Positions 26,296-39,500 of a DNA stretch of 64,000 bases are shown here, one piece after another. Source of the stretch: Mobula hypostoma (taxonomy: Eukaryota); the NCBI RefSeq assembly GCF_963921235.1, contig NC_086118.1, forward strand, positions 16,122,001-16,186,000. Direction: 5' to 3'. The translations under genes were made by a program, and so were the position numbers. The stretch's first letter is position 1, and each line of letters opens with the position of its first letter. Under the pieces are notes generated by a model, which had not been told where the DNA came from, did no database searches, and saw nothing but the letters and a program-made list of their open reading frames with translations.

Positions 26296-26664
26296 ATACA
26301 CCCTCAGTCTATGTGGCAAGAGCCAGATGGCAAAAAGGCAGCGTAGTACATAGCGGGTGACATTAACTAAGGTATATGAAATACTACAACACATGAAAAA
26401 ATTTTACAACAGCATACTTTCTTTATATTCTAAACCAAGAGCTTCCTATCTCTATTAAGTTGACCTGGGGTAGAACTGGAGTAGTGATTCCACCATATAA
26501 TGCTGTATAATTGCATGTCTCTGCCTTATTACCATAACCTTGGAGTCCAGCCACCGTCAATTTGTCATGCATGTAACAATATGCAAATCTTAACTTCCAC
26601 ATTCAGAAACACCACCTCCACCCCACAAGATTCTCCCCAAAACATCCAAATGGAGATAACATGG

Positions 26665-27230
26665 AACTTAATACAAAAAAAAATCACTAGGCCAGGTAGC
26701 ATCTAGGAATAGAGTACAGTCATTTTGTTCTTGAAACACACATAAAAGTTGTTGGTGAACGCCGCAGGCCAGACAGCATCTGTTGGAAGAGGTACAGTCA
26801 ACGTTTCCGGCTGAGACCCTCCATCAGGACTAACTGAAAGAAGAGCTAGTAAGAGATTTGAAAGTGGGAGGGGGAGGGGGAGATCCAAAATGATAGAAGA
26901 CAAGAGGGGGAGGGATGGAGCCAAGAGCTGGACAGTTGATTGGCAAAAGGGATATGAGAGGATCATGGGACAGGAGGCCTAGGGAGAAAGGGGGAGGGGG
27001 GAAAGCCCAGAGGATGGGCAAGGGGTATAGTGAGAGGGAAAGAGGGAGAAAAAGAATGTGTGTATATAAATAAATAACGGATGGGGTATGAGGGGGAGGG
27101 GGGGCATTAGCGGAAGCTTGAGAAGTCAATGTTCATGCCATCAGGTTGGAGGCTATCCAGATGGAATATAAGGTGTTGTTCCTCCAACCTGAGAGTGGCT
27201 TCATCTTGACAGTAGAGGAGGCCGTGGATG
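26665..27230 (-). mobile_element. Penelope-like 3' fragment with mutated hammerhead (26795-26832)
   Basis: Encodes LEEQHLIFHLDSLQPDGMNIDFSSFR on minus; CTGATGG variant core. Confidence 0.85.
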
Positions 27231-29135
27231 TTGAAGTAGTTACACAATTTCTAACACAGAGTTTTAAACCCCTGGTATTTCAGTTCTTCATTAATTAGTT
27301 TGCATAATAATGAACATAATTAAAGCAAAAACATTATATTTGAATACAGAGATGGGCACAGAACTGCAATATTGACTATCAGGTTTGGACTAGCAAGAAT
27401 GCAAGTCCTGCAATTTGCAGAGAGTTCGAGGCTAGTGAATATGCAGGCAGAGGGTACAACGTGTTCTGGTGAGCCCTACAAACACTTTAGAAGATTACAG
27501 AATGAAGAGTGGAAGATAGGAGTCATATTCAGATGTGTGAAAGCTCACATCAAGGACATGCTGTGTGTACATGTGGCTTAAAGCTAACACAGAATATTCC
27601 AAGCAGGCACAGCCATGCCTGAAGAACTGTATTTGAAGTGACTGACAAGTTCTGAATTCAATGACAACTCCCAAGTTAAGTGACAGCTCCAGAAACACCC
27701 ATGTCTCGAATTGGGTTACAGAGTAAACTCGAGGAGCAGTGTACAATCAATATCATAGCTAAGTAAAGCTAGCACATGTATTCTGAAAAGAACCAAAGTA
27801 AACACAGTGAACTATTAGAGAATGTATTTGCATCTCTGCGATCTGACATGTTGGGTCCAAAGGAATGGGCCAACATGAGCATTTCAAGCTTCTCTGCAAA
27901 TCCACTCCTCTAAAGTAAATTTTCTTGCCCAATAACGAAGAACATATTTTTAGTATAATGGTAACTTGTATGTTTCATTATTGTAAGCAATGATTGAATG
28001 CTTGCTGAGTGAGACACTTCCCTTGTCTAACCAATTATTTTGTGCATATTTTCTGGCACCAAGGTCAAGCAACTGAAATTAATGGACAACTTTACCTTTG
28101 ACCTTACTGAATGACAGCAGAGGTTTAAGCAGCTACATTAACTGCACTTATTCCCTTTCTTAGGTTTCAGAGATGTTGAGCTATTGTTGCCAATTATTTT
28201 ATGCAAATTTATTCACAGAATAGCTCACACTTCCATCTTCTCAAATATATCTATTAAAATGCTTCCTGCTTTCAAACTTAGAAAATACGCTTGTAGTATT
28301 ATATGTGTCTAAAGTAATTCCAAAGAAGTTTAATGCCAGAAATAAGCATGTCAACAGTTAAAATTTAATATGGATCTTATTTCTTTCTGTTTGATTGGCA
28401 GATAATTGCTTGGCTTCCAAGAGCATTTGTGTTCAAATAAAAGCTGTGGTTGAGATGCATTTATTTCATTCCATCTCCAAGATGTTTCTTCAGATAAAAC
28501 GTGAGGTGTCAGGCTGATAGAATTTTACAAAATCTGCAGTCATGTGCCAAAACTACCAGGATAGATCTCAATCTTGCGCAACAGAGTGCGAGATAACACC
28601 AAACCAGCTTTTAATTTTACATCTGTTCTATTTACTTTCAGAGGGGAAAAAATGAAGATGTCAATCAGACTGTTGATACACCAGGTATGTGGAGGATGAG
28701 GGTGGCTGTTTTTTTGGGGGGGGGGGGTAGGGAGAGAGGCTGAAAAGAACAACAGCGGTAATGAAGGGGTGAACAACAAGTCATAGCAAAAGAAAATTGT
28801 GATAATTGTTCAAAAAACTACAAATTAAGCACAGGAAATGGTGGAAACACAGCCTGTCATGTGGCATCTGTGCAACAACAAAGTTGACCTATTTTGGATC
28901 AAAGAGTACGCCTCTCCTGTCCTACATCTTCACATGCTGCCTGACCTGCTGAACCTTTCCAGCATTATGTTTTTATTTTAGGTTTCTTATGTCTACAGTT
29001 TTTCTTTATTTTCATCTTAAAGTGGAAAATAGCTTAGGAATCAAAACAGAATTACTGGAAATACTTACTAGATAAGGCAGCATCTGAAACAAATTATAAT
29101 TTGTCTCCCCATAGTTGTTTAATCCATTGAATATA

Positions 29136-30733
29136 CAGTGGAATACAAAAGTTTGGGCACCTCGGTCAGAATTTCTGTTACTGTGAATAGCTAAGTGAGT
29201 AGAAGATGAACTGATCTCCAAAAGTCATAAAGTTAAAGATGAAACATTTTTTTCAACATTTTAAGCAAGATTAGGTATTATTTTTGTTTTGTACAATTTT
29301 AGAGTGAAAAAAGGAAAGGAGCGTCACGCAAAAGTTTGGGCACCCCAAGAGATTTGAGCTCCCAGATAACTTTTACTAAGGTCTCAGACCTTAATTAGCC
29401 TGTTAGGGCTATGGCTTGCTCACAGTCATTGTTAGGAAAGGCCAGGTGATGCAAATTTCAAAGCTTTATAAATACCCTGACTCCTCAAACATTGTCCCAA
29501 CAATCAGCAGCCATGAGCACCTCTAAGCAGCTGCCTCGCACTCTGAAAATTAGAATGAACAATGCCCACAAAGCAGGAGAAGGCGATAAGAAGATAGCAA
29601 AGAGTTTTCAGGTAGCTGTTTCCTCAGTTCATAATGTAATTAAGAAATGGCAGTTAACAGGAACGGTGGAGGTTGTTGAGGTCTGGAAGACCAAGAAAAC
29701 TTTGAGAGAACTGCCTGTAGGATTGCTAGAAAGGCAAATAAAGACCCCCATTTGACTGCAAAAGACATTCAGGAAGATTTAGCAGACTCTGTAGTGGTGC
29801 ACTATTCCACTGTGCGACACCTGCACAAATATGACCTTTATGGAAGCGTCATCAGAAGAAAGCCTTTCCTGTGTCCTCACCACAAAATTCAGCGTCAGAA
29901 GTTTGCAAAGGAACATCTAAACACGCCTGATGCATTTTGGAAACAAGTACTGTGTACTGAAGTTAAAATAGAACTTTTTGGCAGCAGTGAGCAAAGGTAT
30001 GTTTGGAGAAAAAAGGGTGCAGTATTTCATGTAAAGAACCCCTCTCCAACTGTTAAGCATGGGGGTGGATCGATCATGCTTTGGGCTTGTGTTGCAGGCA
30101 GTGGCACAGGGAACATTTCACTGGTAAAGGGAAGAATGAATTCAATTAAATACCAGCAAATTCTGGAAGCAAATATCACACCGTCTGTAAAAAAAGCTGA
30201 AGTTGAAAACAGGATGGCTTCTACAACAGGATAATGATCCTAAACACACTTCAAAATCCACAATGGACTACCTCAAGAGGCGCAAGCTGAAGGTTTTGCC
30301 ATGGCCCTCACAGTCCCCTGACCTAAACATCATCGAGAATCTGTGGATAGACCTCAAAAAAGCAGTGCATGCAAGACAGCCCAAGAATCTCACAGAACTG
30401 GAAGCCTTTTGCAATGAAGAATGAGTGAAAATCCCCCAAACAAGAATTGAAAGACTCTTAGCTGGCTACAGAAAGCATTTACAAGCTGAGATACAAAGGG
30501 GGTGTTACTAAGTACTGAACATGCAGGGTGCCCAAACTTTTGTTTCGGGCCCTTTTCCTTGTTATTTTGAAACTGTAAAAGATGGAAATAAAAAAGTAAT
30601 CTTGTTTAAAATATTAAAGAAACATGTCATCTTTAACTTTATGCCTTTTGGAAATCAGGTCATCTTCTACTCACTTAACTATTCACAGTAACAGAAATTT
30701 TGACCGGGGTGCCCAAACTTTTGCATGCCACTG
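29136..30733 (+). mobile_element. Full-length (1598 bp) Tc1 transposon, DD34E, IR/DR type, inactivated
   Basis: TA-CAGTGG...CCACTG-TA; ~200-bp IRs with outer and inner AAAAGTTTGGGCACC repeats; transposase in three frames with [23 protein letters not shown] (34 residues between D and E). Confidence 0.95.
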
Positions 30734-31423
30734 TATATATGTTTTTTACAGAATATTTTGCTTTTGATTACAAAGCAATCACCTGATGTTGAAGTGAGTA
30801 TTGTGTAGTCAATGAATGAAGGTATACTAAATTGAATACAATTGAATTCGTGCTTTACACAGGTCAAGCTATTTAGAGCAGGATAATGGAACTGCATTAT
30901 TACCAATCTGTTCTTGCATGGGTAGGTGCCATGGAAAGATTTACACAACAGCACAGTCAAAACACATTTCTGTTTCAGAATGGATATATGCAATAGTCTA
31001 TCTTTTTCATTATTCTTTTGACTCAGAATCACTGTAAAGCTAAGCAACAGTTATTTGAAAAGCAACTTTCACAAGGACTTAAACGCAATTGAATTGTTTG
31101 TTCACCACCACAGGATACATCAGCAAAGAGAAAGTATTAAAGCCACACAATTTTTCTTTCTCACATGGGAGTCTTAGGTTGTTGCATTATTCACCCCAAT
31201 GGAAATGAAGATGTTGACAATTAGGCAGCATTGAAAAACATACTTAATAACCAAGTTGATTGCAAATTCCTCAATATACAAACCTTAGATTACGATAAAA
31301 GATGCTGTCCTTAAGGCACATCAAGTTGTACACTTTTTCCAGTATTTCAATTTGGAGTTTATTTTTGCAATTGTGTGTTTCAGACCTTACAAAACAAGAA
31401 CAAGGTCACAGTCACGTTCTAGT

Positions 31424-31429
31424 TTTATT
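31424..31429 (-). terminator. Candidate polyadenylation signal AATAAA
   Basis: Minus context GCCTGCAGGTCAGTTGTAATAAAACTAG; other AATAAA candidates exist (e.g. 31358-31363, 32454-32459). Confidence 0.55.
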
Positions 31430-33060
31430 ACAACTGACCTGCAGGCAAGAGTATAGAACTATTATATGAATATTTAAGATTCCATTTATAATGTTTTAAA
31501 TATAGGAAGAAGTCAAACCAGTATACAGGATAAGAAATATCCACGAGCTCTGTAAAATAATGCTATGGTGATGTTACTCAGCGAGCTCCATTTTCACAGA
31601 CAAGTAAGGCGATATCCCTGCACATCAGCTTTGATATTTTTATACATTTTCTATGATACAGGAAAGAGAAATTAACCAAAGTTCACAATGTACAGTTCTT
31701 AGTCTATTTTCACAGTTTGTGACCATTATACACCTTTTTAAAGATACACTGTAATATATTCCTCACCCTTAATAGATAATAATCTAAGATTAATATACGT
31801 ATAAACTGCCAATTTTACAGGCATTCCACTCGAGAAGTTTGAAGAAGTCTCTTGACTTTTTTTTTTAAAAATCAAGTTAATTTCTCCACCAGTAGAATTG
31901 AACACAATGAACTGAGATGGGAGGTTGAGGGAAGGGGAAGCATGTCTTAAATTATGAAAGGAGGATAGAGGAACAAAAATTTTGCATATTTTTTAAAACT
32001 TTAGTGACATTTTGATTTACAAAGGAGACGCTTATTGGGTTTACTTGTCCATTACAAAAGCTATCACCTGTCCTCAAACAAAACTAACATTCTCTCCACA
32101 GATGTTGGTATGAAAAATAGAATCTTACAAGGAACCCTTTCTTGTATAGCGCAAGTCCTGATTCATGTGTAGCTAAAATTAAAACTTTTTTTAATAATTA
32201 TCTGAAACAATAAAATTCTTCCAGACTTGCAGCCCCTCTGGAGCTGGGTACTCACAACGATGTCAAACTAAATGGAAGACTCTGCACCTAACATCCAAAC
32301 AGTTTAATTTATTTCTCTTACCATTAAATTGTATTTTCCTCATCAGACAAGTACAACCAATAATTAAACACATAGCCAAATGGTGTCAATATACTACTGA
32401 TAAACCTGGAGGACTTTTCGTTTCTCGAAGTTTTCAGCAGTCACAGGTATACATTTATTTTTGCATAAATAATTTGCCATAAAAAATAGCACGTTGAGCC
32501 ACAGTATGAGCTGTCGGTGGGCAACATTTAAGTACATCACTGCTAGGTGCTCACTGCATAATCCATATATAGCCTGCTTTAGTCTAAAATCCTAAGACAT
32601 CAATGTGTACATTTACAGACTGATAAACAGGAAAACATTTGTTGCTTCAATCCAGCTTATTTTTTTTCCCAGCATGCTTTACTCAAAGCATGCTGGTCAA
32701 AGTTACATGATAGCCCAGTGTCTTTACTGCAGATTTTAATAGTCAATTAAACAACTTTTCTCAGATGAGTTGGCCAATTTTCTCAATGGTTACAGCTAAT
32801 AGACAATGAATGTCATCAAACTCAAATTAAAGTTTGATTTTAGGGGAATAAGTCAGCTTTTTTGCATCAAACCTTTCCTGTATCAATTTTGTTTTCATTG
32901 CAAACCTCAGTCCACACTTTTTTTGGTGAAAGACATGCTGTTCAATTTTGCACTTATTTAAAAAAAATCATTTAAACTTTATTAACAGTAAAATACAGAT
33001 GAATTCATTCCTCCATGATATACACTAACTATAAAGCAACAGAATTAAAATCAGTAAATC

Positions 33061-33068
33061 TATTGCAC
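33061..33068 (-). promoter_or_regulatory. miR-25/32/92/363/367 8mer seed site
   Basis: GTGCAATA on the mRNA strand (plus TATTGCAC). Confidence 0.55.
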
Positions 33069-33502
33069 TTTGTTGAGCAAAATTCAAACTTGCTTGACTG
33101 CACTGGAATATTGTTCGAAGTATCCTGTTCATGTCGAGGTTTCCTTTCACTGAAGACAAAGCAGAATTCTCAGAGTCCTTGAGGGTGCTGCCTAAAATAT
33201 TCTATGCAATGGAGGGAAAAGCTAGTCCAAGACAGTCTTTCCAAAATTGTACTGTGATAATGCTGCCAGCATTTGTTCTTCTATTTGTATTGAGTCAACT
33301 CCTTTTTTCACGCTCTTCCCAGCGGTGGCTAAGCAATGTCCCAGCAATTTTCTGATTTCTGAATACCCTCCAACGTTTATACCAAAAAGGCAATAAATAT
33401 TTCAGGTCCAGTAAAATTCTTGTGATGACTTGGATACAATGAGAAGGATGCTTCGAATGGACAATTGTGGGCAGACACAAGGAAAATGGAATAACCAATT
33501 TT

Positions 33503-33510
33503 TATTGCAC
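33503..33510 (-). promoter_or_regulatory. miR-25/32/92/363/367 8mer seed site
   Basis: GTGCAATA on the mRNA strand about 105 nt after the stop codon. Confidence 0.6.
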
Positions 33511-33614
33511 TGTTTGAGCAAGTTAAAAATAGAAACACTGCAATGTGTCATAAAACAAATCTTTACACCTTGATTTCTCTCAGCCGTTTTAAGGCCATCT
33601 TTTCAGCAGCAAAA

Positions 33615-33728
33615 TTAATCAACGTACATTGGGGAAACAGGAGTAGGGGGCATTTGATCCAAGATTTTGCTAACATAACTTGCCACGTCCACCCTGCGCT
33701 CCTCATACATCGAGATGAAAGAATGTTT
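33615..33728 (-). CDS. MAP2K4: MAP2K4 terminal coding exon
   Basis: ttctcatttcag acceptor then KHSFISMYEERRVDVASYVSKILDQMPPTPVSPMYVD-stop(TAA), matching the MKK4 C-terminus. Confidence 0.96.
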   Translation of the reverse strand, partial: KHSFISMYEERRVDVASYVSKILDQMPPTPVSPMYVD

Positions 33729-33833
33729 CTGAAATGAGAACAGTAACATATTTTGGATGTATACATCACATCTCTCCAGAATTAGGTTACCAGCAAGTTC
33801 ATGATTTGATCTCTCAACAAGCTTTCATTACTA

Positions 33834-34356
33834 CGAGGGGTGATTGATAAGTTCGTGGCCTAGGGTAGGAGGAGTCAATTTTAGAAAACATAGCACATTT
33901 ATTTTTCACCATAGTCTCCTCCTACATTTACACACTTAGTCCAGCGGTCCTGGAGCATACGCATCCCTTCTTTGTAGAAGTTGGCGTCTTGGACCTCCAG
34001 AAAGTGGTCCACAACAAGGGCGATTGATAAGTTCGTGGCCTAAGATAGAAGGAGATAAGTTATACAGCTCTTGTTACATGCACATGCAGTTCAACTCTGA
34101 GTGAAAATGCAGAAAGTTTGAAGTTAATAACTCATCTCCTTCTACCCTAGGCCACAAACTTATCAATTACCCCTGCTGTGGACCACTTTCTGGAGGTCCA
34201 AGACGCTGACTTCTACAAAGAAGGGATCCGTATGCTCCATGACAGCTGGACTAAGTGTGTAAATGCAGGAAGGGACTGTGTTGAAAAATAAATGTGCTAG
34301 GTTTTCCAAAATTGACTCCTTCTACCATAGGCCACGAACTTATCAATCACCCCTCA
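33834..34356. mobile_element. Fold-back mariner-type MITE (523 bp)
   Basis: TA-CGAGGGGTGATTGATAAGTTCGTGGCC...GGCCACGAACTTATCAATCACCCCTCA; ~230-bp inverted arms with internal copies of the TIR. Confidence 0.88.
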
Positions 34357-37289
34357 CATTTTGCAAACAAAATAAATATACCAATTTGCAAGCTTTTAAT
34401 ACTAGACTTCTCCATTGAGCATCAAACCATTAACTTTGCAAAGCTATATAGTCCAGATAGCAAATGCAAGAGCTGGAGCATGGTTTACTATTTGAGTTTC
34501 AGAACAGTTTTACCAAAGTGAAGTCTTAAAATGTTAAATCAGAAGATTTACTTGAAATAAAATTGATCAGAATGTAATTTATAGCAGCATGCAGCAAGAA
34601 ACTTAAAGTGGAAAGGAACTACAAACCAGGAGCTGGAACTGAGAATATTTGTATCAATAAAATCATAAAAAGATAATGCACACATCCTTCAGCACATAGT
34701 GCCTAACTAACTTTCTAAATCATCCCAGCCTTACCACTCTCTTGCCTTTCTCCCCACAGCCCTTAGAATACTTGCTCAACTATTTAATAACTCACTGAAA
34801 GTTCTACCACTGGATCTATTTTTATCACCATCTTGGGTCATTGGTATCAAATCCTAATGTCTTATGTTCAAAAAAGAAATTTTCATCTTAACTCTAGTCC
34901 TTTTGCAGACCTTCGGTAAGTACCTTCTGAGAACTGACCCCTTTATTTCCTATATACTTTAGTCATAGAATCACAGAGCATGAAAATAGGTCCTTTAGCC
35001 ACAAAGTGCATGCTACCGTCCAACCACCCCTTTACGCTAACCCTTTTATTCCATCCCTCTCACATTCTTTTTAATTCCCTCTATGATTCTACTGCTCACC
35101 TACACACCAGGGCAACGCAGTGGTTAATTAACACTAACTCACACTTTATAAAAATGAAAACCCTTGGTTAATTTTGAACAGTTAAAAATTCAGAAGATGC
35201 TGGAAACACTTAACTGATGAGACAGAACTGAAGGATATTCAGCCTCAAACTCTTTCCATAGAAGGTACATAATTTGTTGTATTTGTGGTAGTTTATTGTT
35301 TTTATTTCAGAAATGGAGTATCAGCTGATTTTTGATTTACATATCTTTTCTTAACCCTGACTATGCAAGCCTCGAGTTGTCCAATGTCATCAAACCCTTT
35401 TGCTTTAACTTCTCTGCAAACTCTCCCTCAAGTTCAGTGTCTAGAACTGCACAGAAACTAAATCTGTTTCTTACTCACTGATTTACAAAGGTTTCACAGA
35501 ACATTCTACTTTGGACATACATATCTGTTTAGTTTAGTTCACTGACTTACTTAAAAAACAAAAGATTGTCAACACATCATGACACTACAAGATTTGTCCA
35601 CACACAATCCCATCTCTCTGCTACAGCATATTAAAATTTCAGTCTATGCTGCCTCTCATTGTTGTCCCCAAAATCAAGCACCTCACGTTGCTCACTTCAC
35701 CAGACTAATTACCTTTACTGTCTGCCCACCTACCTATCCTCCACAAGTACAGACTTTGTCCTCAATATTCAAGCTTGGATCATTAACATAAGGAACATGA
35801 GTCGTGGTCTAAATACTAATCCTTGAGATCAGAGTGCGAGATTAACGACAGAATCATCTATACTATTCTGCTATGGAAAAAGGCTATTAACCATTACTGC
35901 TTCCTGTTCCTTAATTTGCATCCACCCTTTTCCTCTCAGTAGTCCAGCTCTATAATGCAATTTTATAATATTTATTCAATGAATACATTATTTTCTCAAT
36001 CTACACTAAAGATCTTGGCATGAAAAATATTCAAAATAGAAATCTATAAAAGATGTAAACAAAATAGAAATTATTAAATCAAATATGCACATATTCTCTC
36101 CCCACAGATTCTGAGAGGAATACATGGTTATAGAGTCCAAGCCAATGATCAAATACCCAACTGCACAAATACCATTGAATTTTGCCATCATTCCTCTCAA
36201 CTACCTTAAGATATTGTCACTTTAAATATACATTAGGGACAATTTGTAATGGCATATTAACTTAATTTGTATATTTTTGGATGTGGGAAGCTACAGGATC
36301 ACAGGAGCAAAATGCAAGCTTCAGAGAGATAGCAGAGGTTGCTGCGGAAACTGGATTACTGGAGTCATGAGACAGCAGCAACAGCAGCTGTTTAACAGTT
36401 CTATGCATGCTGTCTCTTACAAATAGGAGCATTTTGCTTGACACTCAAAAAGTGGTATGGGCACCAATTTGTAAAAGGTTGTGCAAAACTTTCTGGAATT
36501 TGTGGCTATTGGTATTTTTCAGCAAAATGCTGCGCAAGATAATTGAAGAAAATCTAATGGCTATAGATATGGTAAATGCACCTCTGCTATAACTACTAAA
36601 GTAAAAACTGTAGAAACATTCATCACTTCATGCATGGTTGTGAAAGGCACAAAGATTTTAAATTCATTGACTTTCAATGATTAACTAGCCACAATAATGC
36701 ACAGAAAAGGTAGCAGAGGGTTTGATGAATTTTTGTTTTACTTGGGATAAAGTGATTTGGAAAAGGATATTGATGAAATGATTAAAGGACTTGCAGAAGC
36801 TAATTCTATTAGCATAACAGCTGACTTGGCAAAGAGTTATTGTGAGTATCTACTTGTAGGAAAGTTTAAATTTGCATGGTGGGAAATAATGGAGAAACAT
36901 CAAGAGTTCTAGGTCACCATTTTCCTTTAAGGGTAAAAGTTGGGGTAGCAAGTACAGGGAACTCTGGATGTTGAGGAATATTGAGAGTTTAATACATAAA
37001 AAAAGCAGAGAGAACTAATGACAGGGGAGGCCCAAAGTAATAAAAAGTGTAAGGTGGTGCTTAAATTTGAAAGGCTAAGCTGGGTCATAAAGATTAAAGC
37101 AGACAAGTTTAACTTAATTAAATCTGAAGGCATTGACAACAGGCACAATTATGTGCTTGGATCTAAAAAGGTTTAGAGGTCTCAAATAAATACTTTTCAT
37201 TGGTATACACAAAAGAACCATAATTCAGTGAAGAAGTTAGTCTTGTGGAGGACTTTATAAATGAAATAACTCAATGTCTTCTCAGGCTT

Positions 37290-38760
37290 TAAAGTGCATC
37301 GAGCACTGGACTGCATGGGATATATTCCAGGCTGTCATAGGAGATAAAGGGGAAAGATTGTTGGGGCTCTTGCTGAAAACATGCTGCCAGTCAGAAGGTA
37401 ACAGATGTGGTAGCAATCCAAGAAGTCAGCACATGTAGAGCCCTTAAGAAAGGCAGCAGGCAAAAGCCTGGAAACTATAGACCTGTGAGCCCAGTGGCAA
37501 GACAGATACTGGGAAAAAAATTCTTAGAGGGAGGATTAATGATCACTTGGACAGGCAGAGATTAATGAAAGACTGCAATATGGTTTTCATGAGGGCAAAT
37601 CCTGACTGACAAACTTTAGGTTGAAGAGTTAACAAAGAGTTTTGATAAGGACAGGACAGTTGATTTTGATTTCGAGATGGGAGTGAGGTCTTTGACAGGG
37701 TCCCACCTGGGAGACTGGCTTAATGGTTCAAGCTCACAGAATTCAAAAGCGGCTTGGCAAAGGAAGATACAAGGATGATTTTGTGATTGGATGCCTCTGA
37801 CTAGTGGTGTCCCACAAGAATCGATGCTGGGACCCTTCCTATTAGTAACAGAACATTAAAGACTTTGCAGTGGATGTAAAAGGCACAATCAGTAAGCTTG
37901 CTAATTACATTGAGATTAGTGAGGCTGATAATTGTGTGGAAGACAGCTTTAGGCAGAGACAATGATATATTGGTGAAATGGGCAGAATAATGGCTGATGG
38001 AGCCTAATTCAGATAAATGCAAGGTGATGCATTATGGATTTGAGGGAGCTCTGAGGAACTGATGGGCTTTGGAGTACCATATGTCCTTGAAGGTGGTAGT
38101 GGACGTCCTGTAGGTAACAGGGTTAGGAAGGCACATGGGGTACTGGCCTTCATTAGTAACAACACTGAATACAGATGTAGGGAGGTTATGCTACAACTTA
38201 AAAATAAAAACATTTGGTCAGACCTCAGCTTGGCTCCTGCCTGCAGTTCTGGTCCTCATGCTATAGGAAGAATATGATAGTGCCGGAGAGGATACAGAGG
38301 ACATTCAAAAGCTATTCACAAAGAACTTTGCGAGGGAAGGAGCACCTCATTAGACTGGAGAAGCTGGATCTGTTCTTCCCTGGAGCTAAAGAGTGGCATG
38401 TCTGAGGTATATAAAATTGTGAAGGGTATAGATAAGCAAAGACTGCAGGAAGCCTATATCAAAGGATCAGGGCTAGCTAAGGCTCAAAGACAGATTTAAA
38501 ATATGGAGAAAGATTTAGAGGAGGTACAAAGGGGACTTAATGAACAAGTGAGCGATGAGCACCTGGAATCCACTGCCTGAGAGTATGGCTGAAACTGGGT
38601 CACTAACAGCATTTATGTGTCCAGGTAAACACTTAAATAGCCTGGGCATTTAAGGGATATAACAAGTGATGGGAGATGGGACTAATACAGAAGGGTATCC
38701 ACTGGTCTGTGTGAACAAATTTGACCAAATGGCCTGTTCCATGCTGTATAGCTATATGAC
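37290..38760 (+). mobile_element. Old degenerate CR1 LINE
   Basis: GNYRPVS-like GGAAACTATAGACCTGTGAG, AGTGGTGTCCCACAAG, VRPQLGSCLQFWSSCY and CR1-like tail. Confidence 0.75.
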
Positions 38761-39454
38761 CTTACCAACTGAATAATGTTGTCTCTTGAAATTTTATTAA
38801 ACACTCTCAATTCATAATCCTTGCCAGCTAGCATCTTACAAATGGCTCAAATAAAGTGTCAACTTCAAACCTAATACTTCTGTTAAATTGTGTCTGATCA
38901 CTCTCCTGAAGTATCTTCAGACTTTTAAACATAGAAACTAGTAATAAATGTGAGTTAGTCACTAGCCAAATAAAATTATTACTTTCTGAGAATTTTAATA
39001 GGCATCTCCTGAGAAAATAAAATTTGAAAAGTTTGGTTTAATAAGATTCTCATGTGCCTTTAAGAGAATAATGGTATTGCACAAGATGTCTCATGTCTAG
39101 AATTAAAACTAAGATTATGGTTATTGCAATGGTTCTCTAATTCATTATCATCATGCTTTCTCTAAGAGTTGTGTTGTTTTTCAGATTAGGACTGAACTGA
39201 GACAGAGACTATGTGCAAATGGCTTCCGTATTAACAATCTTAAATATGCAACATTATAGATGAAATGAAACAGATGTTGGCATCAACAACCTGAAATCAG
39301 AATTTTAAAAAGGACAAAAGTATAAACACTGCTATCAGTGGAGATCATTCAATATTTTAAAAACATGTATGCAAAGAATACATAAAAATATTAGCTACAG
39401 TTAAAACAAATGAAAAGTTTTGGCAAAAGTTATGAATTAACAAACTGAACTCAC

Positions 39455-39500
39455 CAGAAGCTCTTTATACTTTGGCCTTTTGGACTCATCCTTTGTAAGG
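39455..39500 (-). CDS. MAP2K4: MAP2K4 penultimate coding exon (46 nt)
   Basis: tctctttcag | (C)LTKDESKRPKYKELL | gtgagt; phases fit both neighbouring exons. Confidence 0.96.

Larger units (their letters stand above)
31410..33614 (-). other. MAP2K4: MAP2K4 3' UTR (approximate)
   Basis: TE-free AT-rich stretch after the stop codon, ending near AATAAA at 31424-31429; distal part resembles the mammalian MAP2K4 3' UTR as I recall it (not aligned). Confidence 0.7.

Noticed and set aside
33543..33769. Track ORFs 33543-33737(+) and 33563-33769(-)
   Set aside because: Wrong strand or frame over the real MAP2K4 terminal exon.
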